Shown here: positions 52,698-62,549 of the stretch, piece by piece | Numbering within the stretch: position 1 is the stretch's first letter | How the letters are laid out: each line of letters opens with the position of its first letter | DNA from: an uncultured Gemmatimonadales bacterium | GTDB taxonomy: Bacteria; Gemmatimonadota; Gemmatimonadetes; Gemmatimonadales; Gemmatimonadaceae | Direction: 5' to 3' | Length of the DNA: 64,000 nt | NCBI GenBank assembly: GCA_963701965.1 | Contig: OY969695.1 | Location: 4,256,001-4,320,000 of the forward strand | Notes under the pieces: model-generated | What the model was told of the DNA's origin: nothing | Database searches by the model: none | What the model saw: only the letters and a program-made list of their open reading frames with translations | Program-made: the position numbers and the translations under genes

Positions 52698-54014
52698 TTG
52701 GAGGCAAGTGTTACACAAATGATCGCAAGCTGTCTGGTGCTGCCAACCGAACGCCCAGTTCGCCTGCATGACATCAAGCGCGCTCTCTTGACATACGACC
52801 GCGTCCACCTGATGTCGCCTGATGATCGCGACGTGATAAGTCCCGAGTATTACCTGGCGGCACTGATGAACTTTCCCATGGCGCTCCCCGGGACGTCCGT
52901 GCGTATCCTAGGCAAAACACCGGGCTATGACGACTCGTTTCAGCAGGTGCTTGACGAAGCGGGATCTGCAGTCGAGCAGAATTTGCTGCAAGTGACCGGT
53001 GCCGGGTCCAAGCCGCAGACAATGCCTTTGATGCGCACGAGCGACGGAGTATTGACGATCGGTGGTTCTGAAGGCGTTGGTCCAAATGCCGTGTTCGCCG
53101 GTAGTCGGAAAGGTGTTGAATCACAACTCTTATACCAGACGTATCGACGGGCTACAACGGATCCCGCCTTGGTTGCCGCAATTAGCCGCGGGATGGACGA
53201 CTTCCTAGTCGGCAGCAACGGCATTCGCGATGAACTGGCGCCGGTTGGTATGGATGATTTTCCCTTGGCTGTCACCTATGCGCCTCCACCTCTCCCTTAT
53301 CCGAGAGGCGTGCAATCCGACGAAGCGCGCGCGGTGCTGAATCGACTCTGTCAAGCCCGTGTTGGGAGTGCCGTCAAGAGTCTAGCAGCTTGCGATACCA
53401 ATCGTCTTGCACCACTGACATCAGATCCCGGCATGGCGGCGTTCATCGCTCAATTGAACGCGAACGTAGCGACGGTCGATCTTGACGGGGTTGACGAACG
53501 TCTTTTGCACCTCATCGGAATGCGAGAGCTACATGATCTAGTAATCGCTGAGTATGTCGACGAAGCTCAGCTTCGCGAACTGTCGATCGCAGACGTTGTG
53601 CGAAAACGCACGGCTGCTTGGGGCAAGGCTCGAGAGAGTCGAGCGGAACTCGGTCGAGTCGTCCTGCGCTTGGTGCGCGAAGAGCGCGACGTTCCGAAGC
53701 TTCGCGAGCGCATTCGGGTTGCTCTTGCTGAGCACCGTTCGGCACGGAACGCCTATGATCATGAGCAAAAGAAGCTCATAACGAATATCGGGATGACTCT
53801 CGGAACGGCCGTACTCGGCAGCAGCGGCGCAGTGCTTTTGGAGCGGATGTGGGCCTTAGGAACAACTGGGACGGTCCTTGCTATCGGCGCGTTCGGCGTC
53901 AATTGGCTGAGGCAGAATGCCCTTCAAGTCATGGACGTCTTAAACGCTCGCGAGAACGTTCAGGAGGTAACCGGCTACTCTTTGATTCAACCGTACGAAC
54001 CGTTCATGGCCTGA
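52698..54014 (+). CDS. Hypothetical protein with C-terminal hydrophobic hairpin
   Basis: 438 aa; IKRALLTYDRV N-terminus; C-terminal helical region and Gly-rich hydrophobic helices. Confidence 0.7.
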   Translation: MEASVTQMIASCLVLPTERPVRLHDIKRALLTYDRVHLMSPDDRDVISPEYYLAALMNFPMALPGTSVRILGKTPGYDDSFQQVLDEAGSAVEQNLLQVTGAGSKPQTMPLMRTSDGVLTIGGSEGVGPNAVFAGSRKGVESQLLYQTYRRATTDPALVAAISRGMDDFLVGSNGIRDELAPVGMDDFPLAVTYAPPPLPYPRGVQSDEARAVLNRLCQARVGSAVKSLAACDTNRLAPLTSDPGMAAFIAQLNANVATVDLDGVDERLLHLIGMRELHDLVIAEYVDEAQLRELSIADVVRKRTAAWGKARESRAELGRVVLRLVREERDVPKLRERIRVALAEHRSARNAYDHEQKKLITNIGMTLGTAVLGSSGAVLLERMWALGTTGTVLAIGAFGVNWLRQNALQVMDVLNARENVQEVTGYSLIQPYEPFMA

Positions 54015-54111
54015 AATCGCCTGTCATTCTGCCTGTGGAGAACCGAGGGGCAGGTTCCACATTGGCGTTCGCTGCGCGGCGAAACGGGATCGGACCGATA
54101 TCCCTATATCC

Positions 54112-55476
54112 CTATGGTCTCACAGCTGGTAAGCCCCCAACTCGCGCTCGTAGTTCTTCCGCCGTGGCGGGGACGTTGTTTGCTCCTTTGCGCAAATAGG
54201 AAAACCCGGTCTGATAGACTGAGTGGAGCATGCCGGCGGAGGATCGCGGAACACGGATTCGGCAGATGTCGTGATCGGCGAATTTCACCCAGCCGATTTC
54301 GACAAGGACGGTCGGTGAGAGCCCATCGCTGAGACGTTGGCGGATGAGCTGAACGTAGTAGTCCATCGCTTCCGAGGGCTCCTTGCCATCTCGTTTGGCC
54401 AGTTTATGGACCTCGCCATGTACGCCTACGACGGCTAGTTGATCGGTTACGCCGACGAAGATCACACCACCGCGCGTGTTCGCAAAGGCGCAGGCGCTCT
54501 GAAGAAGTTCGACTGACTTCGGATCCCCCGCGACGGGAGGTAACCACGCCTTCACCTCCACCACATCGCTCTCGCCTCGCCGAAGCACCTCGGCGAGCTC
54601 GGGTTCGTTGCGACTGGTGGACCCCGGAAAGAGCCCTTCTGCACGCAGAGATGGCGCCGAGGCCGTCTCGTCGAAGGAGTCGAGCGAGGCCGAGGCACCA
54701 TCGAGCAGGTATGCGCGCACATGACGGAATGCTGCGCGGACTGGGACGTGAAGCAGCTCTTCCTTGGTCGTGGCCCATTCCTCGTGCACACGTCCGGCAT
54801 AGTCAGTCATCCGGACGCACGCGTGCAGCGTGCCCGTGTTTGTTCGACCAAGGCCAATGATGAGCTGATTGTCGTCAAGCCGCATTGATCGAAAGAAGGC
54901 GCGATAGTCTCGTATCTGAAGATCCACCTCGAGGGTCGGGCGGTGCTGTGTAACCAGACCCGGAATGCCGAGCCAATGCGCGGCCGCATCCCCGAGTGTT
55001 TCCGCGAGAAAGCGCTCCTCCGGGTTCGCGAATGGACCATTCGCCGGCCAAGATGGGAAGGTGTCCGCGATAGTTCCTTGGAGTGTGGATCTCCAGATGG
55101 GCGAATCGCCGACCGCATCGCTCCAGCTACGGTGCAGGATCTGCGAGCCTATGCCCCATGCATCGCGAACACCAACCCGGTCCGAATCGCGACAGGCGTC
55201 CCACACGAATTCGCGGAGCGCGTTGACACTGGACATCTTAGTCGCCTGATCAACCTTGGACACAAATCGCACCGGGCCGGCGGTGAAGGTGCGACCCGAA
55301 GTCTGCGGGTCAAAGCCAATGCGAAGCCCGCGCGCATAGGGCTGAAGCTGGCCATTGGATGTTTCGTACAGTACGGCACGTACCTCAATTGTGTCCGGCG
55401 CGCCGAGCAACTCCGGTGCGGTTCGGATGATATCGACTATTTCCTCCATACTGAACGCCCGCTGCGTCGGAAGCAT
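54112..55476 (-). CDS. Schlafen/AlbA_2 domain protein with unknown N-terminal region
   Basis: GESDVVEVK, SACAFANTRGGVIFVGVTD, YLRKGANN. Confidence 0.88.
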   Translation of the reverse strand: MLPTQRAFSMEEIVDIIRTAPELLGAPDTIEVRAVLYETSNGQLQPYARGLRIGFDPQTSGRTFTAGPVRFVSKVDQATKMSSVNALREFVWDACRDSDRVGVRDAWGIGSQILHRSWSDAVGDSPIWRSTLQGTIADTFPSWPANGPFANPEERFLAETLGDAAAHWLGIPGLVTQHRPTLEVDLQIRDYRAFFRSMRLDDNQLIIGLGRTNTGTLHACVRMTDYAGRVHEEWATTKEELLHVPVRAAFRHVRAYLLDGASASLDSFDETASAPSLRAEGLFPGSTSRNEPELAEVLRRGESDVVEVKAWLPPVAGDPKSVELLQSACAFANTRGGVIFVGVTDQLAVVGVHGEVHKLAKRDGKEPSEAMDYYVQLIRQRLSDGLSPTVLVEIGWVKFADHDICRIRVPRSSAGMLHSVYQTGFSYLRKGANNVPATAEELRARVGGLPAVRP

Positions 55477-55607
55477 TTCTCCCCGTTAGTGTGATCGTGA
55501 GATCCCGAATGCCAGCCTTTCAAACTGCCGCAGAGTGCTAAAGCGCAATGAAAAGGCGACTCTCCGTAGCGGCTGATTGTAAGTAGACTCCACAGAGAGA
55601 AACGCTT

Positions 55608-55856
55608 TTAGCGCTTCCGTCGCTTCTGATCCCCCCGTGGCGTCCGATTCTCTGGAATCCACTCCAACAGCTCACCTGGTTGGACAGAGAGAGCCGTGCA
55701 GAGACGGTCAAGCATATCGTCCCCCAGGCGTTTGAACCGCCCATCGGCGTGTGCGAGGCGGTAGACCTGGGTCTCAGTAAGGCCGGACGCACGGGCCAGC
55801 TCGTACCACGACATGCCGCGCTGGGCCAGCACCGCTGTAAGACGCAATCGGACCAC
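55608..55856 (-). CDS. XRE/HTH_26 repressor
   Basis: LRL..LAQRGMS..ELARASGL..LDRLCTAL.VQPGELLEW. Confidence 0.88.
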   Translation of the reverse strand: MVRLRLTAVLAQRGMSWYELARASGLTETQVYRLAHADGRFKRLGDDMLDRLCTALSVQPGELLEWIPENRTPRGDQKRRKR

Positions 55857-55907
55857 CCGTCCTCCGCCACTGTAGAGACCGGCGTAGGAATGTGCGCAGC
55901 GGGCGTG

Positions 55908-55942
55908 TTGACGGTACTACACACACAGTGTAGTATTGTCGA
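55908..55942. promoter_or_regulatory. Overlapping divergent sigma70 promoters with palindromic operator
   Basis: +: TTGACG-17-TAGTAT; -: TCGACA-17-TAGTAC; TACTACAC-N5-GTGTAGTA at 55915-55935. Confidence 0.75.
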
Positions 55943-55986
55943 CTCCTCGTTCCTTGGTGTAGTCCACTGCGTCCCGGAGGTCGTTC

Positions 55987-56331
55987 GTGCTTCCCAACCC
56001 AGCTCTAAGGCGAGCGATTCGCGCGCTCGCCCACACGTTGGAGAACCCGGCCGCCAACAATGCTGCAGGTCCTAGGTTCCATGCATGGCTCGCTGGCCAC
56101 TGTCAGACCTATAGTGAGTTGCCAACCGGGCCACGCTCCAAGACAGTTGCCTGGAGCGCCGCTGAGGAGTGGCCTGGCTCCATCGAGTGGTACGTGATCG
56201 ACGACTCAATAATCGGCAAGCCCGAGTACAGCGACAGCTGCTATCGCATTCCGCTTGCCGATTTCGAGAGCATCCCTCCAGTCCCTGAGTCTCGCCGCGT
56301 CTCGCGATCGTCCCGTCGGGCTAGAGTCTAG
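55987..56331 (+). CDS. Hypothetical protein
   Basis: GGAGG RBS; first ORF after the rightward promoter. Confidence 0.5.
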   Translation: MLPNPALRRAIRALAHTLENPAANNAAGPRFHAWLAGHCQTYSELPTGPRSKTVAWSAAEEWPGSIEWYVIDDSIIGKPEYSDSCYRIPLADFESIPPVPESRRVSRSSRRARV

Positions 56332-56410
56332 AGTCGGCCGCGGTGGACGTACCACACTCGGCCCGGTAACACGGGCTGTTTCAGGAGGGACATTGGTGTC
56401 TACGACAGGA

Positions 56411-56659
56411 ATGGCTCCATTAGAACGCAAGGCAGCGTTCAAAGCGGCCGTCACGTTGCACCAGCTTACAGCAGCCGAAGCGGCGCGCCTCTTCAAGATC
56501 TCCTACAACCACCTCATGCTCGTGCTGAGCGGCGACCGCAAAGGCTCTCAGCGCGTTCGCCATGCGATCGCCGCGTTCCTCGGTCGCACGGACATCGAAG
56601 TCTTCGGCATTCGTGTGCAGCGCGTGGCGCCCGAGGCTCCGATCAGTTCGGAGACATAG
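56411..56659 (+). CDS. Cro-like HTH protein
   Basis: LTAAEAARLFKISYNHL..VLSGDRKGS..AIAAFLG. Confidence 0.7.
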   Translation: MAPLERKAAFKAAVTLHQLTAAEAARLFKISYNHLMLVLSGDRKGSQRVRHAIAAFLGRTDIEVFGIRVQRVAPEAPISSET

Positions 56660-56699
56660 CGCCGGCGCCACGGCGCCCGGTCTCTCGTGTGTCTTCCGT

Positions 56700-57400
56700 T
56701 GTGCGAGCAAGAGGATCGATAGCGGTGTCTCGTGCCTTCGGCACTCGTCCCGCTATCTGATCCTTGCTCGCCGCCATTCGCACTCGGCTGCGCCAATGTG
56801 CTCAAGGCGGATCTTTATGCGTGGTAGTCAGCTTCCAGGTGCCGCCCTTCCACCAACGTCGTAGCGCGCCTCGAGCTTGGGCGATGGCCCGTGCATGAGC
56901 CGCGGGGCGCTTCGCTAGGGTAGGGCTTCGCCCCCGCGGCTCGAACTACGGAACCGCAAAGGACTGGCGCGGCGTGCCCACCATCCGGTTAGGCGGAAAC
57001 GTCTGTGAGGCACGCCGCGCCACGAAGCGGGTTGTCCCTGTCGATCGGCGTCGGTGCTCGCGACCCAGTGGCCGGCTAGCCGTGGAACTGTCCTTATCAG
57101 GCCGTGTGCCGTTTGCTGCCGCGCCTGTCTGCGTCCACGGTCCAGGGTGATCACAGCATCGCGTTGTGTCAACGCACAACTCGTTGTCCACGATCATCCC
57201 TCCAGTCGTGTCATCTACGTAGGTCCACGCATCGTCCTGTCGGTCTCCCGTCAGGTGAGCGATCATTGCGGATTTGGATAACCGGCGGGGTCTGGTAAGT
57301 AGAGGCACGACGATCAGCCCTCGCATAGACCGCGCGGGTTTCTCGACAGTCTCACAGGTGGAGCGCCTCTCGCTAGACGTCGCCCCAAACCCTTCCTACC
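56700..57400. other. Structured non-coding region, candidate oriT/single-strand origin
   Basis: Hairpins at 56703-56771 and 56897-56942, directly upstream of mobC. Confidence 0.55.
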
Positions 57401-57413
57401 GACGATTACTTCC

Positions 57414-57734
57414 ATGTCCGAACGTCGCAACAAACCCACGATGGTCCGCTGGACGCCGACCGAAATCGCTAGCGTCACCCAACGCGCGAAGGAATGCCAA
57501 ATCTCGGTCGCTCGCTTCGTCCGGGAATCCGCCCTCGGCGCCGTGCCGAAGGCCGCGCGTAACGTCGACCAAAAAGCGTTCCTTCGCGAACTCTCGCGCA
57601 GCGGCAACAACCTCAATCAGCTCGCGCACGAGGCCCATGCCCGGGACCTGTTCCCAGCCGCTGAGAAGCTTAAGGCCGCGCTCGCGGTCCATGTGGCCGT
57701 CCTCCGGCAACTGGCCGACGATACCGACACGTGA
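57414..57734 (+). CDS. mobC: MobC relaxosome protein
   Basis: VRWT..E..VARFVRESALG, ELSRSGNNLNQLAH. Confidence 0.92.
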   Translation: MSERRNKPTMVRWTPTEIASVTQRAKECQISVARFVRESALGAVPKAARNVDQKAFLRELSRSGNNLNQLAHEAHARDLFPAAEKLKAALAVHVAVLRQLADDTDT

Positions 57735-59261
57735 TCGTCAAGACGAGCAGCGGAAAGAGCTTCCGCGGCCTAGCGCGCTATCTCGTGGAGGGTCGGTCCG
57801 GTCACGAGCTGGACCGCGTCGACTGGACGTCGTCCCGGAATCTCGTCACCGACGAGCCAGCGCTGGCCGCCCGCCTGATGGAGGCGACCGCCGGTCAGAG
57901 TCTCCGGGTCCAGAAGCCCCTTTATCACGTGGCGCTGGCGTTCGACCCAACCGACACCGTCGACCGCCACAAGAATGGAACTCGTCGCGGATCGACTACT
58001 CCGGTCGCTTAACCTGGAGGAGTACCAAGCGCTGCTCGTGGCCCATCGAGACCGTGAGCACCAGCATGTCCACATCGTGGTTAATCGCGTCCATCCCGAG
58101 ACCGCCACGGCTTGGGAGCGCTGGCAGGATCGGCCCAGGATAGAGCGCACGCTGAGGGAGACGGAGCGCGAGCTGGGACTCCGCGAAGTGCCGGGGCGCC
58201 TCTACCGCACGCAGGGCCACGAGCTGCCGGAGCGGGCGCTTGAGACCTCCGGCGAACGTCACGCGTTCATGAGGACCCACGAGTTGTCATTCGCCGACAC
58301 CGTCCGTCTGCACGTCAAAGAGCTGCGCCAGGCGCGGTCATGGGAGGACTTGGCCGAGCGGCTGGCCGACCACGGACTCAGGATCGAGCCCAAGGGACAG
58401 GGAATCGTCTTTACCGACGGACACCAACAAGCCAAGGCGTCACGCGTCGCCCGCGACCTGTCGGTCAACCGGCTGGAGCAGAAGTTCGACGCACCATACC
58501 CGGGTCGCGCCCTCAACGAACCCGGACGCGAGATCGACCCCGCCATCCGAAGCTTGGTGCGCGATATTCGGACCTACGACGAGGCCACTCGGCATCACAA
58601 TCGGGTCGAAGAAGCGCAAGCCAATGCCCATGCGATCGCCGACCATGGGCACGCGGTGGATAGTGCCGCTCGTGGCTGGCGGAGTCGCGCGCAGGACGTC
58701 GACCGGGCGTTAGGGCGTGTCTACCAGAGGCCGGACGAAGCACGCGCGAGGCTCGGCGAGTGGGAGCACGCTCGTGGCAAGGACGCCGTCGCCCGAGCCC
58801 TCGCTGATCGGCCGGAGGAGTTCGGGCAGCTGCGCACGGTCGAAGAACGGGGGCTGCTCTTCACACGCTACAACGACACACAGGCGCGCGGCGACGCCCA
58901 ACGCGTTGGCCACGCGCTCAACGAGTACCGCGAGGCGGAGCAAGGCCTGCGCGCCTTACTCGGGCGTACGGGTGGTCCGCTCACTGAAGATCGCGTGAGC
59001 GCCGCGGAGCACGCGGCGGCGGTCGCCCGGGAAAGCGCCCAGGCCGCCGTCCACGAGTCGCACGAGTCGGGACGCCATCTGCCCGATCGGCGTGTGCTGC
59101 AACAAACGATTGGAGAGCTGACGGCGTCGCTGTCACCGCCCGAGATGCGTCTTCTGCGCACGTTCGTCACTGACGCCCAAGTCCGACTTGCCGTGCAGTT
59201 CAGAGAGCTCGTCCGCGAGCTCGCGCTGGGCCGCGATCGTGGGCTCGAGCTCGGCCGGTAG
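57731..59261 (+). CDS. MOBP-type relaxase, frameshift near 57974
   Basis: GKSFRGLARYL, YHVALAF, AHRDREHQHVHIVVNRVHP; C-terminal RDRGLELGR. Confidence 0.92.
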
Positions 59262-59671
59262 TGGTGCGTAGACCGCCCGCCGTGGCGCCGCTCGACGTAC
59301 TGCGCACCACTTGGCGGGCCAGGCGCGAGGAGTTCGCCAGGTTCCGCGCGATTGTCGACGGTGCGACGCTATGCGACGCGCTGCTAGCGGACTTGGAGTT
59401 CACGCTCGCGGCGCGCGACGACGAAGCACTCACGTTGCGAGACGCGGCGGCACTGTCAGGGTACACCGCCGATCACCTCGCGCGCTTGATCCGGCAGGGC
59501 CGGCTTCCGAATGCCGGTAGGAAGCGAGCGCCACTCGTGCGCCGGCGAGATATCCCGCTCAAGGCGAATGGTACCTCGCGCCAAGCTGACGCAGACAGCT
59601 ATAATGTCGCATCCGACGCCCGGTCCCTCGTGCGGCGCCTCCGTATAGGAGGCGGAGATGGCACGAAGTAA
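59261..59671 (+). CDS. Excisionase-like HTH protein
   Basis: LTLRDAAALSGYTADHLARLIRQGRL. Confidence 0.75.
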   Translation: MVRRPPAVAPLDVLRTTWRARREEFARFRAIVDGATLCDALLADLEFTLAARDDEALTLRDAAALSGYTADHLARLIRQGRLPNAGRKRAPLVRRRDIPLKANGTSRQADADSYNVASDARSLVRRLRIGGGDGTK

Positions 59672-60927
59672 TGGCTGGCGGAAGGTAGGGGACCGGTGGA
59701 CGCGATCGCTCGGCATGCGCGGGCTTCGCGTCCGGCTGTTTCAAAAGCGAAAGCATGGAGTGTTCTACCGGACACTGTGGGTCGGTGATGAAGGGAAGGA
59801 CCGCAAGTGTCTTGGTACGAACGATCGTAGAGAGGCGGAGCGTCTCGGTCGAGCGCTGATCGGTGAGTTGCGATCGGCGACGACCGGCATGACACCGACG
59901 GTTGCGCCCCAAACGTCATCGCTGACACTAGGTGAGCTGTGGCGGCGGTATAGCACGACGTGCGCCGCATTTCTGGATAACGTTGCTACCAGCAAAGCCA
60001 ATGCGCGCAACAGAGCAAAGGTCCTGTTGGCGTACTTTGGGAGCGCCTGTCGCGTTGAAACGTTGACCGGTGATGATCAGGCGGCCTATGAGATCGCTCG
60101 GCGTGCTGGTGGGATCCGCCTGCGAGACGAGCCTACACGGCCGGTACGCGCTCGATCAGCCGAAGCTGATTTGGTGCTCCTGCACCAGAATGCTCCGTTG
60201 GGCTACCACGGTGCGTGTCGATGGCAAGCGTCTATTGGAGAGTCACCCCCTTGCCGGTGTACGCCGTGTGCGCGAGCAGAATCCCAAGCGGCCAGTCGCG
60301 ACATGGGAGCGGTATCAATCCACACGCGCCGCGATGCGGAGGCTATCCGGCGAAGCCGAGGACAATGTGGATCGAGTCCGGTGGCTGAAGTTGGAGCTGG
60401 CGCTCGTGCTGGCGGAGGCTACCGGACGGCGGCTTGGGTCGATCCGCCAGCTCCAATGGGAAGACGTCGATTGGACCGCCGGCACCATTCAATGGCGAGC
60501 CGACGCGGATAAGAAGCGTCGGGAAGCAACGGTGCCGGTGCCCGCCGGATTGTTAGGCGAACTGAGATCATTTCGGAATGAATTGGGCACGGTCGGCGGG
60601 CTGGTCTTTTGCGCCGAGCATGACATCATGAAGGCCATGGACCGGCACCTATTCGACAAATGGCTAGCGTATGCCGAACGGAAGGCCGGATTGAAAAAGC
60701 TGGACGGCGGACTGTGGCACCCGTACCGTCGGAAGTGGGCGACGGAACGAAAGCACCTGTCGATCACCGACGTTGCCGAGGCGGGAGGGTGGCGGGATAC
60801 GGCCACCTTGCTGACCTGCTACGCGCGGCCGGATAACGAAACGCTCCTCGCAGTCATGAGCGAGGAGCGGAAGCTCCGAGACTACGCGGTCGGAGACAGA
60901 AACGGGCCCCAAACGGGCCCCCGTTAA
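59658..60927 (+). CDS. Tyrosine integrase of element 1, frameshift near 60189
   Basis: ATGRRLGSI (R), DKK (K), WHPYRR (HxxR), AGGW, CYA (Y). Confidence 0.92.
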
Positions 60928-60957
60928 TCTTCGATTTTGTAAGTCCTTATAAATCAA

Positions 60958-61031
60958 TCGGGACGGCGGGATTTGAACCCGCGACCCCCTGAACCCCATT
61001 CAGGTGCGCTACCGGGCTGCGCTACGTCCCG
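60958..61031 (-). tRNA. tRNA-Pro(GGG), CCA not encoded
   Basis: Cloverleaf CGGGACGTAGCGCAGCCCGGTAGCGCACCTGAATGGGGTTCAGGGGGTCGCGGGTTCAAATCCCGCCGTCCCGA. Confidence 0.97.
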
Positions 61032-61310
61032 TCGCCAGCCAAAGCCGGCGAACTGCGGGGCAAGCTAACCGCAGACGCCTACCCAGGCCAGCATTCCAGC
61101 CTAAACGGCCTCAACCACAGGCCGAGCAGCCGGAACCCCCGGGACGTAAATGACTTGATACAGTCGCATGCCCACCCCCACTCTCCGGCGCCGGTAACTT
61201 CCAGCGTCGCTCCCCGTTTCACCATCCGCAACACCCCAGAACCCCGCAATCGCGTGCCGGTCCGGCGCCGTAACCCGTATACTCCGGTCTCTCGGACGGC
61301 GTAACCGTCC

Positions 61311-62549
61311 ATGCGCGTTCTCATGTTCGGCTGGGAATTCCCGCCCTACCGGGCGGGCGGCCTGGCGACGGCCACGCTCGGACTCGTCAAAGGCCTCGCC
61401 ACCCGCGGCGTGGAGGTGACGTTGGTCGTTCCGTTCCCCGTCGACCAGAGCGCCATGGACCCCGCGCTCGCGCGCGCCCGCATCGTGAGCGCCCACGCCC
61501 ACACCGCCCGCGTCTCCGTCGTCCACATCGAGTCGCCCCTCACCCCCTACGGCACCGCCAGTCAGTACGTGACGGAACGCACCTGGCCGAGCGGCGCGCC
61601 CGCGCCCGCCGCCGTCTACGGCGCCGACCTCTTTCAGGAAGTCGAACGCTTCGCCGCCGTCGCCGCCGAGATCGCCCGCAACGAACCGCATGACGTGATC
61701 GATACCCACGACTGGATCACGTTCGCCGCCGGCCTCCGCGCCCGGGACGTCTCCGGTCGCCCCCTCGTCGCCCACATCCACGCCACCGAATACGACCGCT
61801 CCGCCGAAGGCGCCAACCCCGCCATCGTCGACCGCGAACGCGCCGGCCTCCACGGCGCCGACCGCGTCATCGCCAACAGCTACCGCCTCGCCCGCCGCGT
61901 CGTCCAAGACTACGGTCTCCCCGCCGACCGGATCGACGTCGTCCACTGGGGCGTCGACGGCGAACGCCGCCGCGCCCCGCGCACCGGGGAACGCATCCTC
62001 GGCGCCGCCAAACCCGTGCTGCTCTTCATCGGCCGCGTCACCCACCAGAAAGGCCCGCGCTACTTCGTCGACGTCGCCCGCCGCGTCGCCGACTTCCTGC
62101 CCGCCGCCCGCTTCGTCGTCGTCGGCGAAGGCGATGCCCTCGCCGACATGATCACCTACGCCACCGATCGCGGAGTCGCCGACCGCATGCTGTTCGCCGG
62201 CGGCGTCGCCGGCCCCGACGTCGACCGCGCGTACCGGATGGCCGACGTGTGCGTCATGCCATCGGTGAACGAACCGTTCGGACTCGTCGCCCTCGAAAGC
62301 CTCCGCAACGGCACACCCTGCATCGTGCCGCGCGACTCCGGCGTCGCCGAAGTTCTGGACAACGTGTTCAAGATCGACTTCTGGGACATCGACGAAATGA
62401 CCAACACCATCGTCGCCCTCACCCGCTACCCAGCCCTCGCCGAGACCATCCGCGAACTGGGATTTCGGGAGATCGGCTCGGCCCGACTCGGGCTCGACGA
62501 ACCGGCCCGGCGCACGGAAGCCGTCTACCACCGGGTGATCGATGGCTGA
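61311..62549 (+). CDS. Glycosyltransferase family 4
   Basis: MFGWEFPP..GGL, HDW, HIHATEYDR, EPFGLVALE. Confidence 0.93.
   Translation: MRVLMFGWEFPPYRAGGLATATLGLVKGLATRGVEVTLVVPFPVDQSAMDPALARARIVSAHAHTARVSVVHIESPLTPYGTASQYVTERTWPSGAPAPAAVYGADLFQEVERFAAVAAEIARNEPHDVIDTHDWITFAAGLRARDVSGRPLVAHIHATEYDRSAEGANPAIVDRERAGLHGADRVIANSYRLARRVVQDYGLPADRIDVVHWGVDGERRRAPRTGERILGAAKPVLLFIGRVTHQKGPRYFVDVARRVADFLPAARFVVVGEGDALADMITYATDRGVADRMLFAGGVAGPDVDRAYRMADVCVMPSVNEPFGLVALESLRNGTPCIVPRDSGVAEVLDNVFKIDFWDIDEMTNTIVALTRYPALAETIRELGFREIGSARLGLDEPARRTEAVYHRVIDG

Larger units (their letters stand above)
45770..61001. mobile_element. Element 1: ~15-kb integrative mobilisable element
   Basis: att cores at both ends, integrase, Xis, relaxase, MobC; no T4SS or phage structural genes. 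Confidence 0.92.

Noticed and set aside
45770..61001. Prophage or self-transmissible ICE
   Set aside because: No capsid, terminase, tail, VirB4 or coupling-protein genes; only relaxase and MobC.
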